A stretch of DNA of 64,000 nucleotides from Nitrospirota bacterium (GCA_963699545.1 CAVOUE010000007.1:1-64000), one strand, 5' to 3'. Shown: positions 1 to 10,134, counted from the stretch's first letter. Numbers and translations are program-made. Notes: a model not told the origin generated them from the sequence alone.

Positions 1-134
1 AAGATATACTTGCCGAGCGTTTTGTATACGTCGTCGAATGTCGGATCTCCGAACACACCCGCATATGAGGTCATCGAAAAGCCGATCAGAAACAGCACCA
101 CCAAAAGCAAACTTATTTTCCTGCGAAATTGCAT
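1..134 (-). CDS. N-terminus of an exported protein (truncated by window edge)
   Basis: Hand translation MQFRRKISLLLVVLFLIGFSMTSYA-GVFGDPTFDDVYKTLGKYI: Sec-type signal peptide, GGGGAGGT RBS at 141-148, open to the window edge; not in ORF track. Confidence 0.8.
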   Translation of the reverse strand, partial: MQFRRKISLLLVVLFLIGFSMTSYAGVFGDPTFDDVYKTLGKYI

Positions 135-258
135 GTCGTTACCTCCCCTAAGTTTCTGTTTAGTTCATCAAGCACCCTTTCCCCGCGTCTCTACATCCAG
201 GTCACCTCCTTAATATTCTTAGCCGTCTTGAAATAACTATTTCCCACGCTTCATGAGC

Positions 259-274
259 TGCAAGCGCCATGCCC
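259..274 (-). promoter_or_regulatory. sigma54 (-24/-12) promoter
   Basis: Minus strand GGGCATGGCGCTTGCA fits TGGCACG-N4-TTGCW with exact GG-N10-GC spacing; faces the gene at 1-134 and lies next to a sigma54 activator gene. Confidence 0.75.
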
Positions 275-348
275 GTGAGAATGTTCGTCGAGGAGGATTG
301 TTAAATCTCGCTTTTTGTGCACAATCCCGGAGGGTCTGAATGCCGATG

Positions 349-386
349 TTTCATTATGAAAAGCATTTCCCTGTTCATAATGAAAC
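349..386. promoter_or_regulatory. Paired palindromic sites, probable enhancer (UAS) for the adjacent sigma54 activator
   Basis: TTTCATTATGAAA (349-361) and GTTCATAATGAAAC (373-386), about 75-110 bp upstream of the -24 box. Confidence 0.6.
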
Positions 387-585
387 CGGTGAAACACAAG
401 GCATTACCGGCAAGTTTGCCTGAGACTAGTATGGTGCCGAGTAGGATCCGTTTCTAAAGGTCCGGATGGCAGGAGAGACAGGCGCCTGAGAAATAGGCCC
501 CGTAGTCAAAGGGGTCTTTCATTTTCATCGCATGAAAAAGGACGAGAAACACCAAAAGTGTATTCTTGAACAGAGAGAAGGCATA

Positions 586-1957
586 TCAATATTCATTCCT
601 TTGCTCGAAACTTATTTGATATTTCTTCATCTTCCTCCAGAGGGTGGTTCTTCCTATCTTGAGGTCTTTGCACACCTCCGCAAGATTGTTCGGATGTTCT
701 CCTGATACTTTCAGTGATGATCTTCTTCTCCCACTCTTTCATATCCATTGTTTCGCTCGTTTCTGGAGGTGACAGCGAAGGGCTTAATGACATGATCGGC
801 AGGTCTTCACAGGCAATGATGGAGGAATCCGCAAGTGCAACAGCCCGGCAGACGATATTATACAGCTCCCTGACGTTCCCGGGGAAGTCGTAGTTGTAAA
901 GCCTGTCCATGACTTCGGGTCCGAAGCCGACGATATTCTGCTTGTTCTGGCTCGCTTTGCAGACAGAGAGGAAATGCTCGGCCAGTTCAAATATGTCTTC
1001 TTTATGCCTTCTCAGGGAAGGCACGTGTATGTTCAGAACGTTCAACCGATAGTAGAGATCTTCACGGAACTCCCCGGCTTTCGTCGCCGCGAGCAGATCG
1101 AGATTTGTCGCCGCGATCACTCTCACATTCACGGGGACTCCCTGATCACTGCCGACCTTCCTGATCACGCCGTCCTGAAGAACGCCCAATAATTTGACCT
1201 GAACTGTCTTCGGTATGGTGCCGATCTCATCCAGAAGAATAGTCCCTCCGTTGGCTGCTTCGAAAAGTCCCTTCCTTTCCATCACCGCTCCCGTGAAAGC
1301 CCCCTTTGTGTGGCCGAAGAGTTCACTCTCAAAAAGGTGCTCAGGAACAGAAGAACAGTTTACCGGAACGAACAGCCCGGCGGCCCTTGCACTGTTGAGA
1401 TGTATCGCTTTTGCGACAAGGTTCTTCCCTGTCCCGGTCTCTCCCGTGATGAGGACAGGGAGATCAGTGTCCGACACCTTTCCCAGCTGTATCTTAATAT
1501 CGGATATGGCGCGGCTCCTTCCTATTATCACGGAAAAATCATCTTCCTTTTCTGCAGACTTAATCTGAAGCATCAGCCCTATTTCACGGTCCGTCCTGGC
1601 CGTGCTTATCGCCTTCTTCGCCCTGTGCACTATCTCTTCGTATTCGAAAGGTTTTGTAATATAGTCATATGCCCCTCTCTTCATCGCCGAAACCGCAGAC
1701 TCGATTGTGCCGTACCCGGTCATTATGATCAACGGTATTCTTTGCCCCTTGCGGTTCAGATAGTCCAGCAAATCCGCTCCGCTCATCCCTTCCATCCGCA
1801 GGTCAGTGATGATGAGATCAATGTCTTTGCTCGCCACCTGCCTGACGGCCGCCTCTCCATTCTCAGCCTGATGCACCTGGTACCCTTCTTTCTTGAAGAG
1901 TATCGCAAGGCTCCTTCTCATGCCCTCTTCGTCATCGACTATCAGTATTGATGACAT
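586..1957 (-). CDS. NtrC-family sigma54-dependent response regulator (REC-AAA+-Fis HTH); frameshift near 700
   Basis: REC domain (ILIVDDEE, DL), GETGTGK, ESELFGH-GAFTGA; HTH continues in another frame (KIGRTTLWRKMKKY) to TGA at 586-588. Start taken at MSSILIVDD. Confidence 0.92.
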
Positions 1958-3644
1958 TTTCGGCCCCCTCACCGACCACACTTTCCCCATGATTTACAGG
2001 CACTGTTATTTCCACCTGCGTCCCCTTGCCCACCATGCCCGATAGTGAAACACGACCTCCATGCTGCTTGATGATCCGCTGTACTATTGCAAGCCCGAGG
2101 CCTGTCCCTTTAGCCTTCGTGGAATAGAAAGGATGGAACGCCTTGGATAATGTTTCTTCGCTCATTCCTGCTCCGCTGTCACGAATGATAATAGCCACTT
2201 CATCAAAATGCCCGTTCCCTTCCATTTTCGTTACCCACTGTGTCCTTATTGTCAACGTCCCTCCGGCAGGCATTGCCTGTATTGCATTGATAAATACATT
2301 CCACAGGCATTGCTTGACTGCGTTCCTGTCGATAAAAACAAGAGGGAGGTTTCTCTCAAGGTACTTGTGAATTTTCAGGTGAGGACTATTGCCGTTCCCG
2401 GTAAAGAAAAGAAGCGTCTCATCAAGGAGACCGTTAATATCTGTCAGGGATTTGGTCATAGGAGAGGGCTTGGCATAGTTCAGAAAATCAGTAATAATTC
2501 CGTTCAGTCTTCCAATCTCATTTTCAACAATATCCATGAGTTCCCTGTCCTCATCAACGAGCTGTGTATGCCGCTTGAAAATACCAATGGAATTGTTGAT
2601 CGCGGCGAGAGGATTTCTTATCTCATGAGCAATACTGGCAGCCATTTTTCCGATCGAGGCGAGTTTCTCCGCTTCGAGAAGTTCTCCCTGTGTATCCTTG
2701 AGGTTCTCATATGCATGTCTCAGTTCCTCTACGGTCCCGGTCAACCTTTTTCGTGATTCCCGCAGATCAGAGAAAGTCCTCGTGAGCCCGTGAGCAAGCC
2801 CGACAGCCAATCCCAAATAGATAAGAAGTTTTATCGTGTGCCAGTACCACCAGGAGGGATCCCATAACCGGGAAAATACAAATAACGTTTCGCTTTCAAA
2901 AAAGAGAAAAGCCGAAAGAGCGAATATGTGATAAAGGAGATCATTCGTGGTCTTGAAATATGTTAGGTAAAAGAGTCCGGCTAACAAAAAAAAGAGAGCG
3001 GAAAAAATGTTCACAACAACAAGATGACCGGTGAATTCCCCTGTGATGGGCAAACTGACAGGCGTATGATGAGAGATATCTGATGTGACAGCGTTTGGAA
3101 GAAGAGAATAATATTCTGAAAGTATCACTGCAGAAACTATGGTTATCGCTATACCAACCGCGACAAATAAGCGTCGTAACCAGGGCGGATCTTTCGTATC
3201 GCTTATTATGGAAAAAGCGCTCCATAAGAAAAATGCCCCCCCACTGAAGGCGCTCAGGGAATGAAACCATACAAAGAGGGTCACGGAGTGATTGGAATAC
3301 GCATGGAAGAAATCAAACATCCCCATGGAAAAAAAGGCGAGGAAAAGAAAAAGATTACTTCTCTTGCCGGAAGATTTGTATTCCCGATAGACTACATATG
3401 CAATAATAAAGGCAATTATGGCACAGTATGATTCGAACAGGGAATGGATGAACGTATCAACCCAGAAGATATTGTTCGCACTTATAAACTGACTGACGAC
3501 CGATAAAAAGAATACGATCCCTAATGAAATTCCGGAGAACCAGTAGAACCCTTTCTTGGCCCACGGGACCCTGTTTTCAAGGTGATCGAGGCGATAGACA
3601 ATATTAGCAAAGAGAGCGTCTTCTTTTGTATTTTCTTCTGTCAT
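1932..3644 (-). CDS. Membrane sensor histidine kinase with MASE3-like N-terminal multi-TM domain
   Basis: Multiple TM helices (HSLFE.., DFFHAYS), H-box AHEIRNPL, N-box NAIQAM, G-boxes DSGAG and GTGLGL; overlaps the regulator start. Confidence 0.9.
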   Translation of the reverse strand: MTEENTKEDALFANIVYRLDHLENRVPWAKKGFYWFSGISLGIVFFLSVVSQFISANNIFWVDTFIHSLFESYCAIIAFIIAYVVYREYKSSGKRSNLFLFLAFFSMGMFDFFHAYSNHSVTLFVWFHSLSAFSGGAFFLWSAFSIISDTKDPPWLRRLFVAVGIAITIVSAVILSEYYSLLPNAVTSDISHHTPVSLPITGEFTGHLVVVNIFSALFFLLAGLFYLTYFKTTNDLLYHIFALSAFLFFESETLFVFSRLWDPSWWYWHTIKLLIYLGLAVGLAHGLTRTFSDLRESRKRLTGTVEELRHAYENLKDTQGELLEAEKLASIGKMAASIAHEIRNPLAAINNSIGIFKRHTQLVDEDRELMDIVENEIGRLNGIITDFLNYAKPSPMTKSLTDINGLLDETLLFFTGNGNSPHLKIHKYLERNLPLVFIDRNAVKQCLWNVFINAIQAMPAGGTLTIRTQWVTKMEGNGHFDEVAIIIRDSGAGMSEETLSKAFHPFYSTKAKGTGLGLAIVQRIIKQHGGRVSLSGMVGKGTQVEITVPVNHGESVVGEGAENVINTDSR

Positions 3645-3682
3645 GGTACCCTCGTTACCGGAAACGCCCGCTACTTAGCTAT

Positions 3683-3712
3683 ATTAGAACGTGATTTGTT
3701 GATGCTTGTCAA
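3683..3712 (-). promoter_or_regulatory. Putative sigma70 promoter of the kinase/regulator operon, overlapped by an FNR/CRP-like box
   Basis: Minus strand TTGACA-N18-TCTAAT; TTGATGCTTGTCAA at 3699-3712 resembles TTGAT-N4-ATCAA. Confidence 0.45.
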
Positions 3713-4042
3713 TAGACAGATGCCGTCCGGGAACGGAGGGCCTCACGGGAACACGATGTGTCGCCTCAAGACGGAGCGGCGGCGGGAATAGCTGCAGAAG
3801 ACTGATTTCTCCCGGACTTCCCGTACCGATACCCTCATGATCTGTTGGGCTGTCTGACGCCCCCGTTGCCGCATCTCACAAGGAGCTATGTCGAAAATGA
3901 TTGCAGCTCGTACACATCCTTCACTATACGCGGCGGAAGTGATAGAATGTGACCATAGATGCTGTGCACCTTATTCAGCGCCCACTGTGTGGATTTTATT
4001 TCCAGGCAGGTATACAGGGCATTGAAGTTCGTTTCACGCATC

Positions 4043-4702
4043 ATGGATACATTGGCTTATCAGAAACTCAGGAATCTGATGGTGGATACCCAGCTCATCC
4101 CGCGGGGAATCACGGACCCCCGTGTCCTTGAGGCCATGAGGAAGGTCCCAAGACACCTTTTTATGGATGAGTCCATGTGGTACAAGGCTTATGACGACAT
4201 GGCCCTTGCGGTGGGAGAAGGCCAGACCATATCACAGCCCTATATGGTGGCGGTGATGACCGAACTCCTTACCTTAAAGGGTGACGAGAAGGTCCTTGAG
4301 ATAGGGACCGGCTCGGGGTATCAGGCTGCGGTCCTTGCCGAACTGTCCGGTGACGTGTATTCCATCGAAAGGATCCAGTCGTTATCGGACAGGGCAGGTG
4401 AAAGACTGAGAAGCCTGGGATATACGGATATTCATCTGGCCGTAGGGGACGGGACGATGGGATGGCCCGAGGCAGCCCCCTTTGACAGGATAGTCATTAC
4501 CGCAGGGGCTCCGGAGATACCCGATCCCCTCATAAAGCAGCTTGCAGAGGAGGGAATGATCCTGGCGCCGGTGGGGGACAGATACTCCCAGCAGCTCATC
4601 AGGGTAAAGAAGGAAAAAGGGAAGCTGTCAAGAGAGTTTCACACACCATGCGTCTTTGTCCCCCTTGTGGGAAAGCATGGATGGAAAGGCGATCTTCCCT
4701 AA
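4043..4702 (+). CDS. pcm: Protein-L-isoaspartate(D-aspartate) O-methyltransferase
   Basis: VPRHLF, GQTISQPY, VLEIGTGSGYQAA, APFDRI, CVFVPLVG. Confidence 0.95.
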   Translation: MDTLAYQKLRNLMVDTQLIPRGITDPRVLEAMRKVPRHLFMDESMWYKAYDDMALAVGEGQTISQPYMVAVMTELLTLKGDEKVLEIGTGSGYQAAVLAELSGDVYSIERIQSLSDRAGERLRSLGYTDIHLAVGDGTMGWPEAAPFDRIVITAGAPEIPDPLIKQLAEEGMILAPVGDRYSQQLIRVKKEKGKLSREFHTPCVFVPLVGKHGWKGDLP

Positions 4703-6327
4703 TACCACTCCGCCCTGTCCTTCGGGACATGCCAGTAAATGAAATCATACCATATGCCGAGAGGCGCCTTTTCCACGCCCTTGAACCGCTTGTTCAGTAC
4801 CGGAAGGGCGTCAGGCACGAACAGAAATGCCACGGGCTGATCCTCGGCAAGGATACTGTGGATGCGGTGATAGATGCTCTTCCTCTCTTCGTAATCAAAT
4901 GTCCTTCTGCCTTCCAGAAGCAGCCGGTCAACGTCCTCGTTCCTGTAGGAGATGAAATTGAACTCCCCCTCTTTTGTTTTTGACGAATGCCAGATATCGT
5001 ATATGTCAGGGTCCCGGGAAAGGCCCCATCCCATGATGACCGCTTCAAACCTTTTCTTGTCGATGAACTCATGGAGCATCGCCTGCCACTCCAGCACCTT
5101 GATCTCCATATCTATGCCGACCTTCCTGAGATTCTCCCTTATGATCTCAGCGGCCTTTCTCCTGGCATCATTGCCCTGGTTGATAAGGACGGTGAATCTG
5201 AAGGGGTTCCCACCCTTATTGAGGAGCCCGTCACTCCCCATGGTCCATCCGGCTTCCTGAAGGAGCGCCTCCGCCTTTTCAGGGCTGTATTCAAGATCCT
5301 TCACCCCCGTGTTGTACGCCCATGACTCAGGAGGGAATGGCCCGGTGCATGGCGTTCCGTACCCCAGCAGAACGCCGTCGATAATATCCCGCTTGTTTAT
5401 GGCATGGGTAATGGCCCTCCTCACCCTCCTGTCCGCAAAGCGCGCGTCCTGAAGGTTGTAGCCGAGATAGGTGTATCCGAATGAGGGATACCGGAACTTT
5501 TGAAAATACCGGCTGAAATGTTTTGAGTCGGACTGGAGTTTATACTGGGGTGGCGTAAGACCCATGAAATCGATCCCGCCGAACTTAAGTTCGAGGAACA
5601 TGGTCGCCGTGTCCGGGATGATCCGGGCAAAGTATCTGTTGATCTCCGGCCTGCCCTCAAAATATCCGTCAAAGGCCTCAAGGACGATCTTCTGCCCCGT
5701 GACCCACTCCTTCAGTTTATACGGGCCGGTCCCCACAGGATTTCTGTTAAAATCCACCGCCGCGATATCCTTCCCTTCAAGGATGTGTTTGGGGATGATG
5801 CCCATGCCCCATGACTCCAGTGCAGGGGCATAGGGTTCGCTGTAGATGACCCTCACCGTGTACCTGTCAACAGCCTCCACTTTCTGAACGGGACCAAAGT
5901 TGCTCCCGTAGGGAGTTGGGACCTTCGGGTCTGTCACGGTGCGAAAGGTGAAGACCACATCATCTGAGGTGAATTCCACTCCGTCATGCCATTTGACACC
6001 TTTCCTGAGATGAAAGATTATCCGGAGCCCATCACCGCTCACCTCCCACGACCCGGCAAGGTCGCCGACAATCTTTATATCCTTGTCGTACCTGGTGAGG
6101 CCGTTGAAGAGAAGGCCGCTGATCTGTCCGGACGCACTGTCCGAGGCCAGGAGGGGAAGGAGCCGCTTGGCGTCAGCGCCGAGTCCGACCGTGATATCAG
6201 ATGGCCTCTTTATCTCCGGTTCTCTGGAGCAGGAAAGCAAAGAGACCGCAACGACTACTGCAGAAAGGACACGGAACGCGGAACAGGGGATGAATAAACA
6301 GTTCCTCCCGGACCCACCGCGCATCAC
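4699..6327 (-). CDS. Peptide ABC transporter substrate-binding lipoprotein (family 5)
   Basis: Lipobox LLSC, LRKGVKWHDG, PVGTGPYKL, RRAITHAIN; no permease genes in the window. Confidence 0.9.
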   Translation of the reverse strand: MMRGGSGRNCLFIPCSAFRVLSAVVVAVSLLSCSREPEIKRPSDITVGLGADAKRLLPLLASDSASGQISGLLFNGLTRYDKDIKIVGDLAGSWEVSGDGLRIIFHLRKGVKWHDGVEFTSDDVVFTFRTVTDPKVPTPYGSNFGPVQKVEAVDRYTVRVIYSEPYAPALESWGMGIIPKHILEGKDIAAVDFNRNPVGTGPYKLKEWVTGQKIVLEAFDGYFEGRPEINRYFARIIPDTATMFLELKFGGIDFMGLTPPQYKLQSDSKHFSRYFQKFRYPSFGYTYLGYNLQDARFADRRVRRAITHAINKRDIIDGVLLGYGTPCTGPFPPESWAYNTGVKDLEYSPEKAEALLQEAGWTMGSDGLLNKGGNPFRFTVLINQGNDARRKAAEIIRENLRKVGIDMEIKVLEWQAMLHEFIDKKRFEAVIMGWGLSRDPDIYDIWHSSKTKEGEFNFISYRNEDVDRLLLEGRRTFDYEERKSIYHRIHSILAEDQPVAFLFVPDALPVLNKRFKGVEKAPLGIWYDFIYWHVPKDRAEWY

Positions 6328-6344
6328 CCGTTACCCATTTTGTT

Positions 6345-6722
6345 TTATTTCGCGGGCTGCGGATTCTGTTGTGCCGGTCCCTGCTGCACAGGAGCCTGAA
6401 CCGGTCCCGGCTGAGGCGCGGCTTGGATAGGTCCCTGCTGAAAAGGAACACCTGTCTTCTGCTCCAGAGGCAATGTCTTCTTCACCACAGAGCCGCCCTT
6501 CACCGAGACAACAGCAAGGAGAAGGGACGTCACCATGAAAACAACCGCAGATATGGTGGTGAGCTTGCTGAAGAGCGTTGCCGCTCCACGGCTTCCGAAG
6601 AGTGTCTGACTGGAACCTCCAAAGGCTGCTCCCAGCTCTGCGCCCTTACTGCTCTGGATCAGAACGATGAATATCAGAAAGAAACAGACAAGCACATGCA
6701 GTATAGTGAGTAATGTAACCAT
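6345..6722 (-). CDS. secG: Preprotein translocase subunit SecG
   Basis: VLIQSSKGAELGAAFGGSSQTLFGSRGA; follows tpiA. Confidence 0.95.
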   Translation of the reverse strand: MVTLLTILHVLVCFFLIFIVLIQSSKGAELGAAFGGSSQTLFGSRGAATLFSKLTTISAVVFMVTSLLLAVVSVKGGSVVKKTLPLEQKTGVPFQQGPIQAAPQPGPVQAPVQQGPAQQNPQPAK

Positions 6723-7474
6723 TAGTTCCCCCTCCTGAAATTGACGATCTTTTCAAAACTGTCCGCTTTGAGGCTTGCGCCTCCCACGAGGGCACCGTCC
6801 ACATCAGCGCACGCCATGAGGCTGTCAACATTTTCGGGGGTGACGCTCCCCCCGTAGAGTATCCTGATGGAATCGGCGTCCCCGGGGTATATCCCTCTCA
6901 ACGTGTTCCGTATGTGATGATGGGCATCCTGCGCCTGTTCAGGGGTCGCGGTCTTCCCTGTGCCGATCGCCCAGACCGGCTCATATGCCACCACGAGTTT
7001 TTGTACATCAGCATCCCTGAGTCCGTTCACCGTCTGTGTGCGCAGTACGTCGTACGTCCTGCCGGATTCCCTCTCCTTCAGGGTCTCACCGACGCAGAAG
7101 ATGACGTTCAGTCCGTTCTTCTGGGCGATCCGGACCTTCCTGTTCACGCTATCATCGGTCTCTCCGAAATACTGCCTCCGCTCCGAATGACCTATGATCA
7201 CATATTCACAGCCCGCATCCACCAGCATGAGGGAAGAGACCTCTCCGGTAAAGGCCCCTTTTTCTTCATAGAAGACATTCTGCGCAGAGAGTCCGACATT
7301 TGTCCCCGCCAGCTTCCCGGCTATCCCGAAAAGCGCCGTAAAAGGAGGCGCGATCACGATATCGGCATCCTTCACCTTATCAACGGCGGGAAGAAATGAA
7401 CGGATGAAATCCATGGCCTCAGGCACGGTCTTGTTCATCTTCCAGTTGGCTGCTATGAATGGTCTACGCTTCAT
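6722..7474 (-). CDS. tpiA: Triosephosphate isomerase
   Basis: AANWKMN, IIGHSERR, AYEPVWAIGTG, YGGSV, LVGGASL; start at MKRRPF. Confidence 0.97.
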   Translation of the reverse strand: MKRRPFIAANWKMNKTVPEAMDFIRSFLPAVDKVKDADIVIAPPFTALFGIAGKLAGTNVGLSAQNVFYEEKGAFTGEVSSLMLVDAGCEYVIIGHSERRQYFGETDDSVNRKVRIAQKNGLNVIFCVGETLKERESGRTYDVLRTQTVNGLRDADVQKLVVAYEPVWAIGTGKTATPEQAQDAHHHIRNTLRGIYPGDADSIRILYGGSVTPENVDSLMACADVDGALVGGASLKADSFEKIVNFRRGN

Positions 7475-7669
7475 TAAGCTGTTATTATTTTGTATAACAG
7501 GGGGAAAAGTCAAGGACAAGGCCCGCAATGGAGCTCTTCCATAAACTCATCCCTATAAGTACCGCACCCCCAAAATTGCGCTATGTCGTATTCCGCATTT
7601 ACCGATTCCTTTCAGCGTCTCATACCCCTCCTTTTGATCCACTTCTGCACGTAAACTTTCAACCCGGCC

Positions 7670-7960
7670 TTACCACCGGAGCAGTGCTATCTGTCCTGAT
7701 GGAGTAATGAGCTGTTCATCAGGCTGCTGAAAGTGCAGACTCTGAGGAGCTTCCTGCTTTTGTTCCTGAGGCTGCTCGGTGGGAGTGCTTGAATGTGTCG
7801 CTAAATAAGCAAATCCCGCGATAAGTCCCGTAACAATGGCTGCTGCAATCGCAACCCCCGCACCACCTGTCATAGATCCCCCTGCATAGGTGGCATCAGG
7901 CGCGATCATCAGACTCAAAAAGGCCAATACCAGAAACCATACTACACTTTTCTTAACCAT
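7670..7960 (-). CDS. Small exported/membrane protein, copy 1 (96 aa)
   Basis: AAGGAGGG RBS; signal peptide ending TYA, Gly/Ala-rich hydrophobic helix, Gln-rich linker, C-terminal GQIALLRW. Confidence 0.8.
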   Translation of the reverse strand: MVKKSVVWFLVLAFLSLMIAPDATYAGGSMTGGAGVAIAAAIVTGLIAGFAYLATHSSTPTEQPQEQKQEAPQSLHFQQPDEQLITPSGQIALLRW

Positions 7961-8108
7961 TTCATTTCCCTCCTTCTCCCTAAATTTTCTGATGACTAAG
8001 GATGCAAACATCATGTACGCTATGTCGTATTCCCCATTTACCGATTCCTTTCAGCATCTCATACCCCTCCTTTTGATCCGCTTCTGCACGTAAACTTTCA
8101 TCCCCGCC

Positions 8109-8405
8109 TTACCACCGGAGCAGCGCTATCTGTCCTGATGGAGTAATGAGCTGTTCATCAGGCTGCTGAAAGTGCAGACTTTGGGGAGCTTCCTGCTTTT
8201 GTTCCTGAGGCTGCTCGGTGGGAGCGCTTGAACGTGTCGCCAAATAAGCAAATCCCACGATAAGTCCCGTAACAATGGCTGCTCCCGCTGCAAGCGCAAC
8301 CCCCGCACCACCAGTCATATCACCTCCTGCAGAAACAAAATCGGGCGCGATTACCAAACTCAAAAAGGCCAATACCAGAAAGCATACTGCACATTTCTTA
8401 ACCAT
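8109..8405 (-). CDS. Small exported/membrane protein, copy 2 (98 aa)
   Basis: Paralog of 7670-7960 with identical C-terminal part and the same RBS. Confidence 0.8.
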   Translation of the reverse strand: MVKKCAVCFLVLAFLSLVIAPDFVSAGGDMTGGAGVALAAGAAIVTGLIVGFAYLATRSSAPTEQPQEQKQEAPQSLHFQQPDEQLITPSGQIALLRW

Positions 8406-8447
8406 TTCATTTCCCTCCTTTCGTTTGAATTTTCTGATGATAGGGAT

Positions 8448-8463
8448 AACAAACTGCATGCCA
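8448..8463 (-). promoter_or_regulatory. Putative sigma54 promoter for the duplicated small genes
   Basis: Minus strand TGGCATGCAGTTTGTT: good -24 box, variant -12 (TTGT). Confidence 0.55.
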
Positions 8464-8534
8464 GTTCCATTAACTGGGGACGGTGTTGCTAACCCCCTGT
8501 TCTTACAGGGAGAAGTGATGACGACCATGAGAGA

Positions 8535-8588
8535 GGTGCGAATGAAACTTCACAGATTGTGATGACCGGTGCGAATCTGATTGCGCAG
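8535..8588. promoter_or_regulatory. Paired enhancer-like sites
   Basis: GGTGCGAAT at 8535 and 8568 (33 bp apart); the second is quasi-palindromic TGCGAAT-CTG-ATTGCGCA; lies between the activator gene and the -24/-12 motif. Confidence 0.5.
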
Positions 8589-8787
8589 TGAAAGACTCAT
8601 GGCCGTTCGTAGTAGCTTTCTTGGCAGCATTAGGAAGAAGGGACAGCTTATGACGCGCACCGCAGGGAAAAGGCCCCCTCAAAGAGAAGGCCGATTCTTC
8701 ACATTCTCGCTCTCGTTAATTTGGAGGCTGCGTCTTCTGACTCACTTTTTTCTTCTGCGTCCCGGACGGACCGTGCAGACTCCCGCA

Positions 8788-10134
8788 CTACAGGCTGTAT
8801 TCTTTTATCTTGTTCTGGAGGGTGCGGCGGCTGATGCCGAGGAGTTCGGCGGCCTTAGTCCTGTTTTGGTTTGCTTTGTTCAGCGCATCGACGATCATTT
8901 GTTTCTCGGTGACATTGGAAATCGCATTTATTTTTTGCTTTAGGGTTGGGTGTTCCTCAACTGCAATGGAGCCCTTTATCTCGGCAGGAATCGAGTCAAG
9001 AGTCAAGAGCATCAGATTCGGACATTATAACCATCCGTTCCAGAACATTCTCCAACTCTCTGATATTGCCCGGCCAGTCATAATTCGCAAAGCTGCCGTG
9101 ACGTCGGATGAGACACAGCGCGCAGGTCTTTCATACTTCCTGGCGAATCTTCCAAGGAAAAACTCTACGAAGAGGACCAGATCATCCTTTCTTTCCCTCA
9201 AGGGGGGAATATGAATGGGCACCACGTTAAGGCGGTAGAAGAGGTCAGACCTGAACTCCCCTGCCCGGACAGCGGACTGAAGGTCTTTGTTGGTAGCGGC
9301 GATGATGCGGACATCGATCTTGATTGTCCTGACACCCCCTATCCGTTCAAAGGCCCTGTCCTGCAGCACCGACAGCAACTTTGCCTGGAGATGAAGCGGC
9401 AGGTCGCCGATCTCGTCAAGGAAAATAGTGCCTCTGTCCGCAAGCTCAAAACGGCCGGGCTTATTCGTCATCGCGCCCGTAAACGCCCCTCTTTCATAGC
9501 CGAAGAGTTCGCTTTCCAAGAGATTCTCCGGTATCGCTGCGCAGTTGACCTTGACCAGAGGATGACTTTTCCGATGACTTGCCAGATGGACGGCCCTGGC
9601 GATTAGTTCCTTGCCGACCCCCGTTTCACCGGTAATCAGGACTGTTGAGTCGGTGGAAGCCACTTTTCTGACAGTCTGAAAAACCTGCGCCATTGCAGGT
9701 GTCTTTCCCACTATCCCCGGAGAAAAATTGCTCTCCTTGTCAAAGTAGACGGAAACAAGCTCCCTGTTCTTTTCACGTTCGGAGAGCGCCTTTTGTGCGA
9801 CACTTAGCAGCTCCTCTTCGTCAAAGGGCTTCGTAATAAAGTCATAGGCGCCCTTCTTCATCGCGGTTACAGCGTCTTCTATGCAGGCGTATGCCGTAAT
9901 CATAATTACAGGGACTGCAGGGCTGCGCTCATGAATCAAATCGAGCAACTCCATTCCGCTTTTCCCGGGCATCTTGAGGTCGGTGATTATGAGCTCACAG
10001 TTCTGCCTGGCAAGAAGCGCCATGCCGGAATCGACATCAGCTGCGCTAAAGACCTCGAAGCCCGCGTTCTCAAGCAGCCCCTGCAATACCCTCCGGACAT
10101 TTCGGTCGTCATCGATGATCAGCGTTGCCGCCAT
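8788..10134 (-). CDS. NtrC/AtoC-family sigma54-dependent response regulator; frameshifted near 9015-9090
   Basis: REC domain, GETGVGKE, ESELFGYERGAFTGA; Fis HTH (NRTKAAELLGISRRTLQNKIKEY) in ORF 8788-9012. Confidence 0.92.

Larger units (their letters stand above)
7579..8460. repeat. Tandem direct duplication, period about 439 bp, two copies
   Basis: CGCTATGTCGTATTCC...TACCACCGGAGCAG starts at 7579 and again at 8018; near-identical through both ORFs and their RBS regions. Confidence 0.95.

Noticed and set aside
7579-8460. Repeat considered as a CRISPR array or IS ends
   Set aside because: Only two long units, each containing a gene; no short repeat-spacer pattern, terminal inverted repeats or transposase.
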